This document shows, one piece after another, positions 19,022-29,536 of a DNA stretch of 64,000 nt. Numbering within the stretch: position 1 is the first letter of the stretch; the number at the start of each line of letters is the position of its first letter. Below the pieces are notes generated by a model. It was not told the origin of the DNA. It ran no database searches and saw nothing but the letters and a program-made list of their open reading frames with translations. A program made the position numbers and the translations under genes. Origin of the DNA: Candidatus Omnitrophota bacterium (lineage in GTDB: Bacteria > Omnitrophota > Gorgyraeia > Gorgyraeales > Gorgyraeaceae); contig JBDRJN010000003.1 in NCBI GenBank assembly GCA_043814965.1, positions 1,600 through 65,599 of the forward strand. Direction: 5' to 3'.

Positions 19022-19177
19022 TTATTCTTCCGCCTCTTCTATTAACATTATAGGTATTCCGTCCCTGACAGGGTAAGATCTGCCGCATTTAGAGCAATAT
19101 ATCTTATCTTCTTTTAACTCTACTCCGGTCTTACAGGCCGGGCATGCCAGGATATCCAATAGTTTTTTATCGATCAT
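19022..19177 (-). CDS. Trm112/YcaR-like small zinc-ribbon protein (UPF0434)
   Basis: My translation: [51 protein letters not shown]. This shows the LACPxCKxxL...CxxCxxxYPIxDGIPxML pattern. It is 51 aa, below the ORF-track cutoff, and its start overlaps the upstream membrane-protein stop. Confidence 0.6.
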   Translation of the reverse strand: MIDKKLLDILACPACKTGVELKEDKIYCSKCGRSYPVRDGIPIMLIEEAEE

Positions 19178-20147
19178 AGTTTTCCTCCATGTCTTTTTTT
19201 GTCTTTATGGGATATAGCAGATGCAGGACGCCTCCCACAAAGCTGAACAGTATTATAAGCCCTAGCCATAGAAGCGAGACTGAAAAGGCAAGGTCCGCTC
19301 CTATGTCAGGTTTTAAAAAATATATAAAAGCCCCTTCTCTTACGCCTAACCCATTGATCGAAGGTAACATGCTGACAGTCCAGATAAGCGGGATAACAAG
19401 GAATAGTTTTAATATAGAGATATTGCCGCCAACGCATAATATGAAGAAGTATATGGATATTACAGTAAAGACCTGCATGATCGTAGTAAGCGCGTATGAT
19501 ATAAAAAGTATCTTTTTCTTATCCCTGTAGGAATTTATAGCGTCATACAGTTTGAGTATTTTTTCTTTTATTTTACGGATCGGGCTGGCCGTGGTCTTGT
19601 TATTTACTTGGAACGGTGCTTTTTTCCTGAAAAGAAAGTACATCAAAGCAATAACAATACCCAGCATGCCCAACGTACCGGTCAAAAGTACTTTATCGTT
19701 CTGGATGCCTTTCCCCATAAAAATAAGCCCTATCCCAGCCAGAGAGAACACGCCTAGAAAACCAGCGATCCTGTCTACGACTATTGCTGCATAAGAGCCT
19801 GCCTTGTTGTTGCTTTTTTTATAGGCATAATAAGCCTTGGCAATGTCTCCCCCGATCGATGTAGGAAAAAAATTATTGAAAAAATAACCTATAAAAGTCA
19901 AATATATATAATCTTTTAAGGGCAGTTTTATACCCTGAGCTTCCATGAGTATCTTTAATCTTATGGAGAGCGCGACAGAAAGAGGTATACTTATACATAA
20001 TGACATAGCCAGATAGAACATGTTGGCATTTTTCAAAGTATGCAGTATCTTTCCTATGTCATTTCTCATTAGCCATGAAAGAGCCAAGATAAGGCCCAGG
20101 CTTACAGAGATGCGCAATATGAGCAGTATATTTTTTTTATTTACCAT
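19167..20147 (-). CDS. Polytopic membrane protein of the lysylphosphatidylglycerol-synthase-TM / flippase-like family (UPF0104)
   Basis: 326 aa with 7-8 predicted TM helices and a Gly-rich loop pattern like LPG_synthase_TM proteins. Confidence 0.5.
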   Translation of the reverse strand: MVNKKNILLILRISVSLGLILALSWLMRNDIGKILHTLKNANMFYLAMSLCISIPLSVALSIRLKILMEAQGIKLPLKDYIYLTFIGYFFNNFFPTSIGGDIAKAYYAYKKSNNKAGSYAAIVVDRIAGFLGVFSLAGIGLIFMGKGIQNDKVLLTGTLGMLGIVIALMYFLFRKKAPFQVNNKTTASPIRKIKEKILKLYDAINSYRDKKKILFISYALTTIMQVFTVISIYFFILCVGGNISILKLFLVIPLIWTVSMLPSINGLGVREGAFIYFLKPDIGADLAFSVSLLWLGLIILFSFVGGVLHLLYPIKTKKDMEENYDR

Positions 20148-20947
20148 AGGATCAGCCCTGCGTACCCGACAACTGAAGAGTAATCTCCTGATACATCACC
20201 GCTTGTCTGGTATTTTACGAGGCCTGCTTTTTTAGCCCCGATATTTTTACAAATAGCGATAAGCGTACATGTCGGAGCGGCCCCGCACATTGAGATAGTG
20301 TTATCTCTCACTGTATTATACAGCTTTTCTTCATCTAAAGATAGTATTGCTTCTATGGCAAGACCGTCCTTCTTCTCAGCTAGATCGCTTTTTTCATAAT
20401 GCGTAAAGTCAGTGCTTGCTATAAAAAAGGCGCTCCGGCCTATTTTTTTATATCCGCGCGCTATCTCTTGTCCCAGGAGTTTTAGTTCATCAAGGCCGGA
20501 CATACCGACTGTTATAGGTACTATCTTTATATCTTTTTTTAGGTACTGCAGGAATGGCAGTTCTACCTCGATAGAATGTTCATATAAGTGCGATTCGACA
20601 TCCTCCTTTAATAAAGAGCTTTCTTTTAATATAGCCTCAGCTATCTCTGTATCTATCTTGACATCCCCCAGCGGTGTGTTCCAGCTTCCATGCGTCATGA
20701 TGCTGAATTTTGCGCCAGTCAGCGTGTGGTTTGTGCCTAGTATGACAGCAGTATTTTTTATATCGACCTTGGAAAGCGTCTTTCCAGCGACTCCTCCTGA
20801 ATATATATATCCAGCATGCGGCAGAACCAGGCCTAAGGCGTCTTCTTTTTCAGGATCCTTGATATCTATCAGCTTGGAAAGAAGATCCTTTAGGCTTTTC
20901 TCGGTCTGTGGGTAAAATTGGCCGCTTACAACAGGTTTTCTTATCAT
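20141..20947 (-). CDS. MEMO1-family protein (AmmeMemoRadiSam system protein B-like)
   Basis: VLPHAGYIYSGGVAG motif, 268 aa. Confidence 0.8.
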   Translation of the reverse strand: MIRKPVVSGQFYPQTEKSLKDLLSKLIDIKDPEKEDALGLVLPHAGYIYSGGVAGKTLSKVDIKNTAVILGTNHTLTGAKFSIMTHGSWNTPLGDVKIDTEIAEAILKESSLLKEDVESHLYEHSIEVELPFLQYLKKDIKIVPITVGMSGLDELKLLGQEIARGYKKIGRSAFFIASTDFTHYEKSDLAEKKDGLAIEAILSLDEEKLYNTVRDNTISMCGAAPTCTLIAICKNIGAKKAGLVKYQTSGDVSGDYSSVVGYAGLILW

Positions 20948-23535
20948 TCTTTACCTTTTAGGACAACTATAGCTGTCTTTTCTAGGTCCAGGATCTTTTT
21001 GGCTATATCTTTTATATTTTCTTGCGTAACCTTGCCCACCCTTTTATTATAATCTATATAATTATCATATCCTAAACCATAAAGCTCATCCAGCGAGACC
21101 GAGAATATGAAACTTGAGTTCGTGTGCAGCCTCATCTCGTTGACAGCTTTTAGGTGGTTTTTGGATCTCTCAAGCTCTTCTTCCGGCGGGCCATTTTTTT
21201 TAAAAGATCTTATCTCGCTAAAGACCAGGCCTTTTACTTTATCTATGTCTTTTTTAGAAGTAAGTGCATAAATAGCAATGTATCCTGGGTCTACGCCCAT
21301 CATCTGGAATGCTCCCTGGGCATAAGAAAGCGCGTTTTCCCCTCGTATGTTTTGAAAGATGACCCCTGATTCTCTTGACAGCATATCGGACATGACATCA
21401 AACGCCGCTTTATCTTTGTCATATATAGAGATCCCATGGAAACCTATGAGTACAAGAGACTGTGTTTTGTCTGTGGCTATCTCAAGGCTTCTTGGATTTT
21501 CGATAGGCCTTTCTTTTAAGGGACTTTGAAAGACAGATTTTTTGTAAGGTATCTTTGAAAAATATTTTTTAGCAAGTTCTTCTATTGTGGAGGTATCGAT
21601 ATCGCCTGATATACCTACGGCCATGTTCTCAGAAGACACAACATTTTTTAAAAAACCTGACACATCTTCTCTTTTGATGTTTTCAATACTTTTTTGTTCT
21701 CCTATGACCTGGAATCTGTAGCTATGATCCTTAAAAAGTTCTTTTTTCAGGAGCCTGCTGCCATATGTGAAGATATCATCATCTTGCATGGATATTGCCG
21801 TAGAGACCTCATTTTTTTCTCTCCCGAATTCTTCTTCAGGGACATTTGACCCCATGAGTATGGTAGACAAAAATTGCAATGCATCCTCGGTATATTCCTT
21901 AAGGCTTGTCAGGGTGATACCCAGGCTGTTATTGCCGGAGTAAGTTTCTACGGACATGCCTTTTGATTCATATAGGTCTATGACCTCTTTTCTGGGCATG
22001 GCCTCTGTGCCTGATATTAACATATTACTAGCGAGATTAGATATACCGTTATTGTCTTTATTCTCTATTCTTACCCCGCCCTTAAGGACTACTGAGATCG
22101 CTATAATAGGAAGCGAATCATCTTTTGATATAAGGATAGGCAGGTTATTCTCAAGCACTATTTTTTTTATAGCCCTATCCTGTTTTTCCGCGGCTTTGTT
22201 TATGTCAAGGGCTAGGGCCTGTCCCGATCTGCTTAGTACAGCTATGGTCATATTCTCGCTGGTAAGGTATTTTTTAGAAACTCTTGCTATATCTTCTTTT
22301 GTCACGGACCTTATTTTTTCTATATAAGTGTCAAAAAAATTACAGTCTCCCATCGAGAGGCTTCCTATAGCCAGATCATTCGATCTGGAAGCAAAGCTTT
22401 CTTTTTCGCGTATATATCCGGATAAGAAATTATTTTTTGCCCTTTCAAGCTCTTTTTCGGTTACAGCGCCTTCTCTCAATAGTTCTAGCTGATCCAGGAG
22501 TTCCTTTAAGGCCTCATTGACTTTTTCTTCTTTAAGGACGCATGAGATGACAAAAAGGCCTGGTTCGCAAGGCGTGTAATTATAGCTTGATACGGACAGG
22601 ACTATCTTTTTGTCTATACGCAAAGATTCATTCAATCTGGATCCTTCACCCTGGCCCAGCAAAAAAGAAAGCACATCCATGGCATAGAGATCATCATTGG
22701 CCATTGATGTAGAATGGAAAGCCATATTCAGGTACGCGCCGTCAAAGATCGCCTTTTGTTCCACGTAACGCGTAGAAAGCTGTTTGGGCTCTTTTGGATT
22801 TGAGACGATCTTATCAGGCCCTCTTTTTTTTCGGCCGAACCTGTCGTTTAATTCCTTGGCAATAGCGCCGCTATCTATGTCACCGACTATCGCTATGACT
22901 ATCTTTTGAGGTATATAGTTCTCTTTAAAAAAAGTCATAACGTCTTTTTGGCCAAGCGCGGCAAAGGTTTCTTTGTAGCCGATTATTGGTATTTTGTAAG
23001 GGTGCCGGTTGTATGCGGTAGAGAAAGTCAGTCTTGATATCTTTTTGCCGGGATCGTCATCTCCAAGCGCCATCTCCCTCTCTATTACATCTTTTTCTTT
23101 TAAAAGCTCATTTTTATTAAAAGTAGGCTCGGACAGCATGTCTTCTAAAATATCAAGGGCTATGGATACATGTTCTTTTAGGATAGTTATCCTTATCCCA
23201 GTATAGTCATAGGACGTAAAAGCATTTATATCTCCCCCGCACTGATGTAATGTGCTTTCTATGGAGTTGGCGGGATAATTCTTGGTACCCTTGAACAGCA
23301 TATGCTCTATTAGATGGCTTATGCCGCTCCCGAGATATTGAGCTTCTTTGCTTGATCCCACATCTATGAAACTGGATATGGATACGATAGGACTTTTGTG
23401 GTTTTCTTCTATGATAACTTTGAGGCCGTTATCAAAGGTCTTTATATCCTGGGCATTTATTACATCAGGCTCAAAAAACACGCCAAAAATAAAAAATGCC
23501 AAGATTAATATAGAGTTTTTAGTGATCTTGGACAC
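20944..23535 (-). CDS. Secreted two-module M16 (pitrilysin/insulinase) family peptidase
   Basis: Signal peptide is present. The HxxEH-type motif HLIEHMLFKGT appears in the first module and a second M16 half follows. 863 aa. Confidence 0.75.
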   Translation of the reverse strand: MSKITKNSILILAFFIFGVFFEPDVINAQDIKTFDNGLKVIIEENHKSPIVSISSFIDVGSSKEAQYLGSGISHLIEHMLFKGTKNYPANSIESTLHQCGGDINAFTSYDYTGIRITILKEHVSIALDILEDMLSEPTFNKNELLKEKDVIEREMALGDDDPGKKISRLTFSTAYNRHPYKIPIIGYKETFAALGQKDVMTFFKENYIPQKIVIAIVGDIDSGAIAKELNDRFGRKKRGPDKIVSNPKEPKQLSTRYVEQKAIFDGAYLNMAFHSTSMANDDLYAMDVLSFLLGQGEGSRLNESLRIDKKIVLSVSSYNYTPCEPGLFVISCVLKEEKVNEALKELLDQLELLREGAVTEKELERAKNNFLSGYIREKESFASRSNDLAIGSLSMGDCNFFDTYIEKIRSVTKEDIARVSKKYLTSENMTIAVLSRSGQALALDINKAAEKQDRAIKKIVLENNLPILISKDDSLPIIAISVVLKGGVRIENKDNNGISNLASNMLISGTEAMPRKEVIDLYESKGMSVETYSGNNSLGITLTSLKEYTEDALQFLSTILMGSNVPEEEFGREKNEVSTAISMQDDDIFTYGSRLLKKELFKDHSYRFQVIGEQKSIENIKREDVSGFLKNVVSSENMAVGISGDIDTSTIEELAKKYFSKIPYKKSVFQSPLKERPIENPRSLEIATDKTQSLVLIGFHGISIYDKDKAAFDVMSDMLSRESGVIFQNIRGENALSYAQGAFQMMGVDPGYIAIYALTSKKDIDKVKGLVFSEIRSFKKNGPPEEELERSKNHLKAVNEMRLHTNSSFIFSVSLDELYGLGYDNYIDYNKRVGKVTQENIKDIAKKILDLEKTAIVVLKGKE

Positions 23536-23543
23536 TGGATAAG

Positions 23544-23714
23544 TTAATATTTGCTGCTAGTTGATCTTGATTTTCTTCTCTTTTTTTCGCTGGGCTTTTC
23601 GTAGTGCTTGCGTGCCTTTAATTGCTTAAGCACACCTTCACGCTCTATTTTTTTCTTAAAACGCCTTAGGGCTTTTTCTAAAGGTTCTCCCGGAGCAATA
23701 TCTATACGTGACAT
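23544..23714 (-). CDS. rpsU: 30S ribosomal protein S21
   Basis: My translation: MSRIDIAPGEPLEKALRRFKKKIEREGVLKQLKARKHYEKPSEKKRRKSRSTSSKY. This is the S21 pattern (ALRRFKR...GVL...YEKP..(K/R)-rich). 56 aa, below the ORF-track cutoff. Confidence 0.8.
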   Translation of the reverse strand: MSRIDIAPGEPLEKALRRFKKKIEREGVLKQLKARKHYEKPSEKKRRKSRSTSSKY

Positions 23715-23762
23715 CAGTTTATTTCACCCCTTTTTCGGTTAGTTGTTCATTTATATCAATGT

Positions 23763-23791
23763 ATTTTATCCAAATTCTGGATTTATGTCAA
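23763..23791 (-). promoter_or_regulatory. Candidate sigma70 promoter for rpsU
   Basis: Minus strand reads TTGACA-17nt-TAAAAT, about 50 nt upstream of the rpsU ATG. Confidence 0.4.
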
Positions 23792-23836
23792 GATATAATA
23801 TCTATATTACATCTACATACTATACACTACATACTG

Positions 23837-23986
23837 AATACTGCTTTTACTCCTTATCGTCGTCCTTCAGGCCTTTTTTGAATTCCTTTATCCCTTTTGC
23901 CAGGTTTTTTGTTATCTCGGGCAATCTTGCGGCTCCGAACACCAGAAGGCATATAAGAAGTATCAATAAAAGTTCAGGCATGCCAA
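23837..23986 (-). CDS. tatA: Twin-arginine translocase TatA/E
   Basis: My translation: [49 protein letters not shown]. 49 aa with a TM helix plus amphipathic helix, the classic TatA architecture. Confidence 0.8.
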
Positions 23987-24004
23987 TACCAAACATAAGA
24001 CCTC

Positions 24005-25108
24005 CTACAGTTTTTTTAGTATTTTATCTATATCTACGTATTTTTCTACTAGTTTAGTGGCCAGCAGCATCTTTTCTTTATCTTTAGGACCTATTTTTAT
24101 TGCTAGGTCATGTATCTTGGAAGCAGTGAGATATGTATGGTTTTTACTTAATAGTACTGGTATTTTAGCTTTTTCTATCAGTGTCATTATGCTTTTCTTT
24201 GGTACGATCCCTCCAGTAAGCACTATGCCGGCTATGGATATGTCCCTATCGTTCTTTTTTAAGAGATGAGCGCTAAGAAGCGTCATGAGCATGTCTTCCC
24301 TGTCGCCAGGGGTTATAAGAAGAGAACCGTTTTCAATATACATAAGCGCGTCATGCGGCTCCATGGCGCCTATAAGTATTTTTTTTATTTTGTTTCTCAT
24401 GCCAGTTTTTTTAGATATCAATTTCATGTCCGTCTCTTCCAGTATATGCTGTATCAAGGGCATCGAGAGCATGGGCGTATAAGGTATGACCCCTAAAAGA
24501 TCTATGCCTCTACTTTTAAGCCCCAACTTTACCACTCTTCTTACTTTGTTGAATTTTTCCGGCCTTACTTTATTGACAATAGCTCCTATTACCTCAACGC
24601 CCTCTTTTTCGAACAGTGCCATATTGAGTTCTATCTCGTCGATAGGTTTGCCTATGCCTCCAGCAGCTATTAGTATGACCTTTGCGTCCAGCATCCTTGC
24701 GACCTTCGCATTGGAGAGGTCAAAGACAGATCCCACGCCTGCATGCCCTGTTCCTTCTATGACTATCAGCTCCTTACCTTTGGATATGCGTTCAAAAGAA
24801 GAGATTATCTCATTGCTCAGTTTTTTGCTGCGCCCTTTCATGATATATTTTTCTGTAAAACCTTTTTCTATAGCTATAGGGCTCATATCCTTCAGGCGAG
24901 CCTTCATACCATAGACCTTTTCCATCAAGACAGAGTCTTCATCGATCTTATAACCTTCTTCTATTACATAGCGCTGGCCGACAGGTTTTATAAAACCGAC
25001 TCTTCTGAATTTTTTCTTGAAGGCGTTTATCAAGCCGAGAGATAGGGTTGTTTTTCCGTTATTTTGCTTTGTAGCAGCTATAAATATCTTTTTTACTTTT
25101 TTTCCCAT
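24005..25108 (-). CDS. Standalone phosphotransacetylase-N-terminal-like protein (BioD/CobQ-like ATPase fold plus DRTGG domain)
   Basis: N-terminal [20 protein letters not shown] and the KPVGQ...IEGTG pattern, followed by [11 protein letters not shown] (DRTGG-like). 367 aa. Confidence 0.55.
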   Translation of the reverse strand: MGKKVKKIFIAATKQNNGKTTLSLGLINAFKKKFRRVGFIKPVGQRYVIEEGYKIDEDSVLMEKVYGMKARLKDMSPIAIEKGFTEKYIMKGRSKKLSNEIISSFERISKGKELIVIEGTGHAGVGSVFDLSNAKVARMLDAKVILIAAGGIGKPIDEIELNMALFEKEGVEVIGAIVNKVRPEKFNKVRRVVKLGLKSRGIDLLGVIPYTPMLSMPLIQHILEETDMKLISKKTGMRNKIKKILIGAMEPHDALMYIENGSLLITPGDREDMLMTLLSAHLLKKNDRDISIAGIVLTGGIVPKKSIMTLIEKAKIPVLLSKNHTYLTASKIHDLAIKIGPKDKEKMLLATKLVEKYVDIDKILKKL

Positions 25109-26409
25109 TTTAAAAGCTCCGTTACTTTTGCGAGAGTGCTTCCGTCGTCTATTTCTTTACGCAGGCGGTCTTCGGCTTCAAGAACGCTCATCGCCCTGTT
25201 GGCGACTTCTACTATATGGCCTTTCGGTATTACCATGACCCCGTCATCATCCCCAATGATATAATCCCCGGGGAATATCCTTCTATTGTCGATCATTATC
25301 GGTACATTGATCTCTCCAAAGCCTTTTGGTTCTCCAGCAGAAGACATGATAAGTTTTGTAAATATAGGAAATCTTACTTTTTTGATCTCTTCGACATCTC
25401 TTATAGCGCCATACACTACACATCCTGCTACTTTTTTTTGTATCGCGCCATGCGTAGCAAGCTCTCCCCATATAGCAGGGCCTACACCTCCTGAATCTAT
25501 GACGATGACTTCTCCTGGTTGAGCGCTGTCAATAGCCTCTACTGGCTTTGACCAATCCCCTGGATATGTCCTTACAGTTATAGCTGGGCCAAACATCTTT
25601 ATACCAGGCAATATTGAAAAAATGCCTTCCAAAGGCCTGATCCTGTGCATTGCATCTGAGACATTGGCGGATGATACGCGGTTTAATATCGATGTTATAT
25701 CTTTGAGGGAGGACCTTTTAAAGAGATCCGTTTTTATTGCCTTAAGTGTTGTGATAGACTTTTTTATTTTTTGAGCAGCTTCTTTAGCGTCCTTTGATTT
25801 ATTAAGAGCTCCTCCTACTATTACAATAGAAGCCCCTGATTTTATTGCCAGAGGCGCTGTCTCTGAATTGATACCTCCTGCTACAGCTATAGGTAAAGAT
25901 GTTATCTTGGATATCTCTTTTAATTCTAAAAAAGGGTCCTTTGCGTGCATCTGGTCATCAATAGAACAATGTATCCCTATATAGTCCACTCCCAGTTTTT
26001 CTACGGCTTTTACCCGGTTTTTTATGTCTTTTACAGCAATAAGGTCTACTTGTATCTTTGCCCCGTAGTTATGCGCTGCTTCGACGCATTCTTTTATTGT
26101 AGCATCGCTTGCTGCGCCAAGTACGCATACTACATTGGCGCCTGATTTTGCAGCTATCTCTACTTCTGTGCGGCCGGCATCCATGATCTTCATATCAGCG
26201 ACAATAGTCTTTTTGGGAAATAGCTTTCTTAAGCTCCTTACAGCATTCAGGCCTTCGCTTTTTATTAGAGGCGTCCCTGCCTCTATCCAGTCCGCGCCTC
26301 CGCTGACAGCTTCACCTGCGCACTTTAGGGCTCTTTTTAGGTCTATAAAATCCAAAGCTACCTGTAATACTGGTTTCATGACGCTACCTTTTTTTGTTTT
26401 TTGGCACAC
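25093..26409 (-). CDS. Fusion protein: 3-hexulose-6-phosphate synthase (OMPDC-family) N-domain plus RraA/DlpA-like C-domain
   Basis: N-terminal MKPVLQVALDFIDL...ADWIEAGTPLI...DMKIMDAG is the HPS/KGPDC pattern. The C-terminal region resembles RraA-like proteins (GDWSKPVEAI...VIDSGGV...GELAT). Confidence 0.7.
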   Translation of the reverse strand: MCQKTKKGSVMKPVLQVALDFIDLKRALKCAGEAVSGGADWIEAGTPLIKSEGLNAVRSLRKLFPKKTIVADMKIMDAGRTEVEIAAKSGANVVCVLGAASDATIKECVEAAHNYGAKIQVDLIAVKDIKNRVKAVEKLGVDYIGIHCSIDDQMHAKDPFLELKEISKITSLPIAVAGGINSETAPLAIKSGASIVIVGGALNKSKDAKEAAQKIKKSITTLKAIKTDLFKRSSLKDITSILNRVSSANVSDAMHRIRPLEGIFSILPGIKMFGPAITVRTYPGDWSKPVEAIDSAQPGEVIVIDSGGVGPAIWGELATHGAIQKKVAGCVVYGAIRDVEEIKKVRFPIFTKLIMSSAGEPKGFGEINVPIMIDNRRIFPGDYIIGDDDGVMVIPKGHIVEVANRAMSVLEAEDRLRKEIDDGSTLAKVTELLKWEKK

Positions 26410-26488
26410 TGAAGTGTGCCCTACAAATTTGCCGCAGCGGCCTTCATAAGCAGGCGCATTAAAATACGCCTATTCTCGGCCTTTGCAA

Positions 26489-26905
26489 TCATTCTCCCAC
26501 GATTTGTACGACTAATTCCCTGGACCTAGGCCTATTGTCAAAATCTATAAATATTATCTGCTGCCATGTCCCGAGCATCATAGAACCATCTGTAAAAGGC
26601 ACTGCTATGCTAGGGCCTAAAAGACTTGCTCTTACATGGCCATAACCATTGCCGTCATTCCAGCGGATATTGTGCTGGTAAGCTGCTTTCTCAGGGATTA
26701 TCTTTTCAAAAAATACTTTCAAGTCTTCTACCAGCCCAGGCTCGTACTCAACAGTGGTCAGCCCTCCTGTTGAACCAGAGACAAATACAGTGAGGATGCC
26801 TTTTTTTAATTTTGTGGATGAAAGAGCGCTAGCTACCTCACTGGTTATATCTATGATGTCCGTAGAACCCTTTGTTTTGAGTTTTATTTTTTTTGTTATC
26901 ACCAT
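26489..26905 (-). CDS. YjbQ-family protein (UPF0047)
   Basis: 138 aa with the YjbQ-like GILTVFVSGSTGGLTTVEYEPGLVEDL pattern. Confidence 0.75.
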   Translation of the reverse strand: MVITKKIKLKTKGSTDIIDITSEVASALSSTKLKKGILTVFVSGSTGGLTTVEYEPGLVEDLKVFFEKIIPEKAAYQHNIRWNDGNGYGHVRASLLGPSIAVPFTDGSMMLGTWQQIIFIDFDNRPRSRELVVQIVGE

Positions 26906-26907
26906 AG

Positions 26908-27702
26908 TTATTTCTTTCTGTATGCCTCAAGGAACGAGTCGCAATAAAGCTGTTTTTCCATAATAAGTTCCGCAGTTATCACTGCATCCATAAGATCTTT
27001 ATCTCCTACATCCATTATAGCTGCGTCCAGGCCTGAAGATATAGCCATAACAAGGAAAGTTCTATTGATAAGTTCTTTGTATTGTCCAAGAGAGCCTTGA
27101 GACACATTTGATAAACCCAGGACTGTTTTAGGCGCTGGGTCTGAAAGCATCTTTGAATCCCTGATAGTCTTTAGGACCTCTTTTCCATGGCCTTGAGCAA
27201 CATTTACAGGCAGTATTACTGCGTCTAGATACAGCTCTGATATATCAATGCCATGCTCCAAGCACCCTGCTACTATCTTTATCGCGAGCTCCAATCTGCC
27301 CTCGCTGTCATTAGGTATGCCTGATTTATCCATAGTAAGCCCTATTATGGATGTATTGTATTTTTTTGCCAAAGGGAATAAAGTATCCATCTTATCCTGA
27401 TTGGCATTTACAGAATTTATTATAGGTTTTGATTTGCAGAGTTTAAGCCCTGCTTCCATGACATCAGGTTTTGTGGTATCTATGGCAAGCCGCGCATCAG
27501 TCACTTCTGTAATAGTCTTTACAAGCCACTCCATAGCGTCTTTTGGGTCAGCTGAAGCTGGCCCTACATTGACGTCAAGAGCTGATGCTCCGAGCGAGAC
27601 CTGTTTTTTCGCGAGGTCCTGTATCACGGATTTATTTTTAGTTATTATGGCTTCTTTGACATCTTTGAACATGCCATTTATTCTTTCACCTATCATGAAC
27701 AT
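26908..27702 (-). CDS. acsE: Methyltetrahydrofolate:corrinoid/iron-sulfur protein methyltransferase (pterin-binding)
   Basis: MFMIGERINGMF...LDVNVGPA...LGLSNVSQG, close to Moorella AcsE along its length. 264 aa. Confidence 0.8.
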   Translation of the reverse strand: MFMIGERINGMFKDVKEAIITKNKSVIQDLAKKQVSLGASALDVNVGPASADPKDAMEWLVKTITEVTDARLAIDTTKPDVMEAGLKLCKSKPIINSVNANQDKMDTLFPLAKKYNTSIIGLTMDKSGIPNDSEGRLELAIKIVAGCLEHGIDISELYLDAVILPVNVAQGHGKEVLKTIRDSKMLSDPAPKTVLGLSNVSQGSLGQYKELINRTFLVMAISSGLDAAIMDVGDKDLMDAVITAELIMEKQLYCDSFLEAYRKK

Positions 27703-27792
27703 CCTTATCTCCTCCTATCTTGTATCACTTAACCCGCTTGCCCTCCGTAGCCTTGGCGTAGGAGGGTACCCCGTAACCCATTGCCCGTAACC

Positions 27793-28761
27793 CTAGCAGC
27801 CGACTTTACACAAGTCTCTTATCGCTTCTTTTGTCTTTTTCACTGCTTTTGGATGATTCATCACAAGTATGTCGCAGCCTGCATTTAGATATGAAAGCGC
27901 TGTCGCGGTCTCAAGAAGAGCTCCCCTGTCTTTTGGGCCTCCCCATTCCTTGGATGCCTCTCCCCCTGTCTTTGCTTCTTTTGTACGCCAGACCTCATGG
28001 CCTATAAAATTTATCATAGGCATTGAAAGCATCTTATCTCCTGATAGTCCTGCAAGCCGCGTCCTCTCCATTATAGAGTAGGTATATTCCAGGCCGTACC
28101 CCAGAGCGCCTGTCGCGTGATGTATCACGATCTTATCTTTCGGGAATTGCATATCGCATATAAGTATATTGAGCTGTTTTGCGATATTTATGTCTATAGG
28201 GGCCTCTGCTATTATAGAATGTCCTGCGCTTAATGCCGCAGCAGTCAGGGTCTTATAGTTTTCTTGTGAGGCTATTCCGAATAAACAATTCTCGCCTTTT
28301 GCAACATCAGTGCAGTGTATCATGACATCATTGTCTTTTTCAGGAGAAGAAGAGCCTATCACTATGAGAGGAACTGATATATTCTTAAGCATGTTCTCCA
28401 AGACTTTTCCCGCGTCATCTACTGATGTATTTTTTGTATCAGGATGAGTGCTCGCCAGCCTCAAACATATAAGGTCAGCATTGTATTTTTCTACACATAG
28501 CTTTGCCCATTGTACAGGGTCTTTAAGAGCATTTCCGAAGTTCTCTTTTAAGGCCTCTGACCATGCTTCTCCAGGATCCATGTCCCATACTTCCATAGCA
28601 ACAACCGGAGGGTTTGGGCATTTATCCTCATCATTTATAAAAAATATACCTGTTTCTCCACCGACTTTTATTGTCTTTGACCTTGAGCCGCCCTCTTCCT
28701 TGGCTGCTCCTATTTTGACCTCACTTATTCTGTCCTGCCATTTATCCATGACCCTATCCAT
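27793..28761 (-). CDS. acsD: Corrinoid iron-sulfur protein small (delta) subunit
   Basis: 322 aa with the TIM-barrel CFeSP small-subunit pattern. It is in synteny with acsE and cooC. Confidence 0.8.
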   Translation of the reverse strand: MDRVMDKWQDRISEVKIGAAKEEGGSRSKTIKVGGETGIFFINDEDKCPNPPVVAMEVWDMDPGEAWSEALKENFGNALKDPVQWAKLCVEKYNADLICLRLASTHPDTKNTSVDDAGKVLENMLKNISVPLIVIGSSSPEKDNDVMIHCTDVAKGENCLFGIASQENYKTLTAAALSAGHSIIAEAPIDINIAKQLNILICDMQFPKDKIVIHHATGALGYGLEYTYSIMERTRLAGLSGDKMLSMPMINFIGHEVWRTKEAKTGGEASKEWGGPKDRGALLETATALSYLNAGCDILVMNHPKAVKKTKEAIRDLCKVGC

Positions 28762-29505
28762 TCATACCCCCGCTTTTTTTGATATCTTGTCGATTATCTT
28801 TGATAAGCCTTCAGCGTCTTCCGTAGGCTTTACTTCAATACCTTGTTCACTATCTATGGCAATAGATTCATTGTAAGAAAAATAACCATCTAATGCAAGC
28901 CCGGAATCTTTGATCAGTTTTAATTTGCTTTCTTCCAGAAGCGCCTTGGCCTTATTTACAATAAGTGATATATCTTTTACTTTCAGGCCGGCTGACCTTG
29001 CTGTATTGAACGCGTGTATAGCTGAGTCAAGGCCGACCTTTGTAGTGTCACTTACAAGTAAAAGCAGGTCTATCTCGTTTGCGGTCCTTCGGCTCAAGTG
29101 TTCCATGCCAGCTTCATTGTCTATTATGATAAATCTGTAATTTTTTCCAAGCCTCACCAGGTAATCTCTCAACATGTTGTTTACCGCGCAATAGCATCCG
29201 CTGCCCTCGGGACGCCCCATGACAAGTAGGTCCACGCCTTTTCCTTCCGAGACAGCCTCTTCTATCTTGAGGTTGAAGAAATCGCTTTTTGATAGGCCTT
29301 TTGACTCGAGAGACCTTGCTTCTTCCCTGATATCAGCTATGGTCTCGTCATAAGAAAGTCCTAACGCAATATCTAAATTGGAGTTCGGATCTGCGTCGAC
29401 CGCAAGGATAGGGCTATCAATTTTTAAAAGCAGTCTTATCAAAATAGAAGATATCGTGGTCTTGCCTACTCCGCCTTTTCCTGCGACTGCGATCGTGTAT
29501 GCCAT
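28762..29505 (-). CDS. cooC: CooC/AcsF-type Ni-insertion ATPase (MinD/ParA fold)
   Basis: MAYTIAVAGKGGVGKTTISS deviant Walker A, 247 aa. Confidence 0.8.
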   Translation of the reverse strand: MAYTIAVAGKGGVGKTTISSILIRLLLKIDSPILAVDADPNSNLDIALGLSYDETIADIREEARSLESKGLSKSDFFNLKIEEAVSEGKGVDLLVMGRPEGSGCYCAVNNMLRDYLVRLGKNYRFIIIDNEAGMEHLSRRTANEIDLLLLVSDTTKVGLDSAIHAFNTARSAGLKVKDISLIVNKAKALLEESKLKLIKDSGLALDGYFSYNESIAIDSEQGIEVKPTEDAEGLSKIIDKISKKAGV

Positions 29506-29536
29506 ATGTAATTTGTTGCGCGTTATCCGTAACCCT

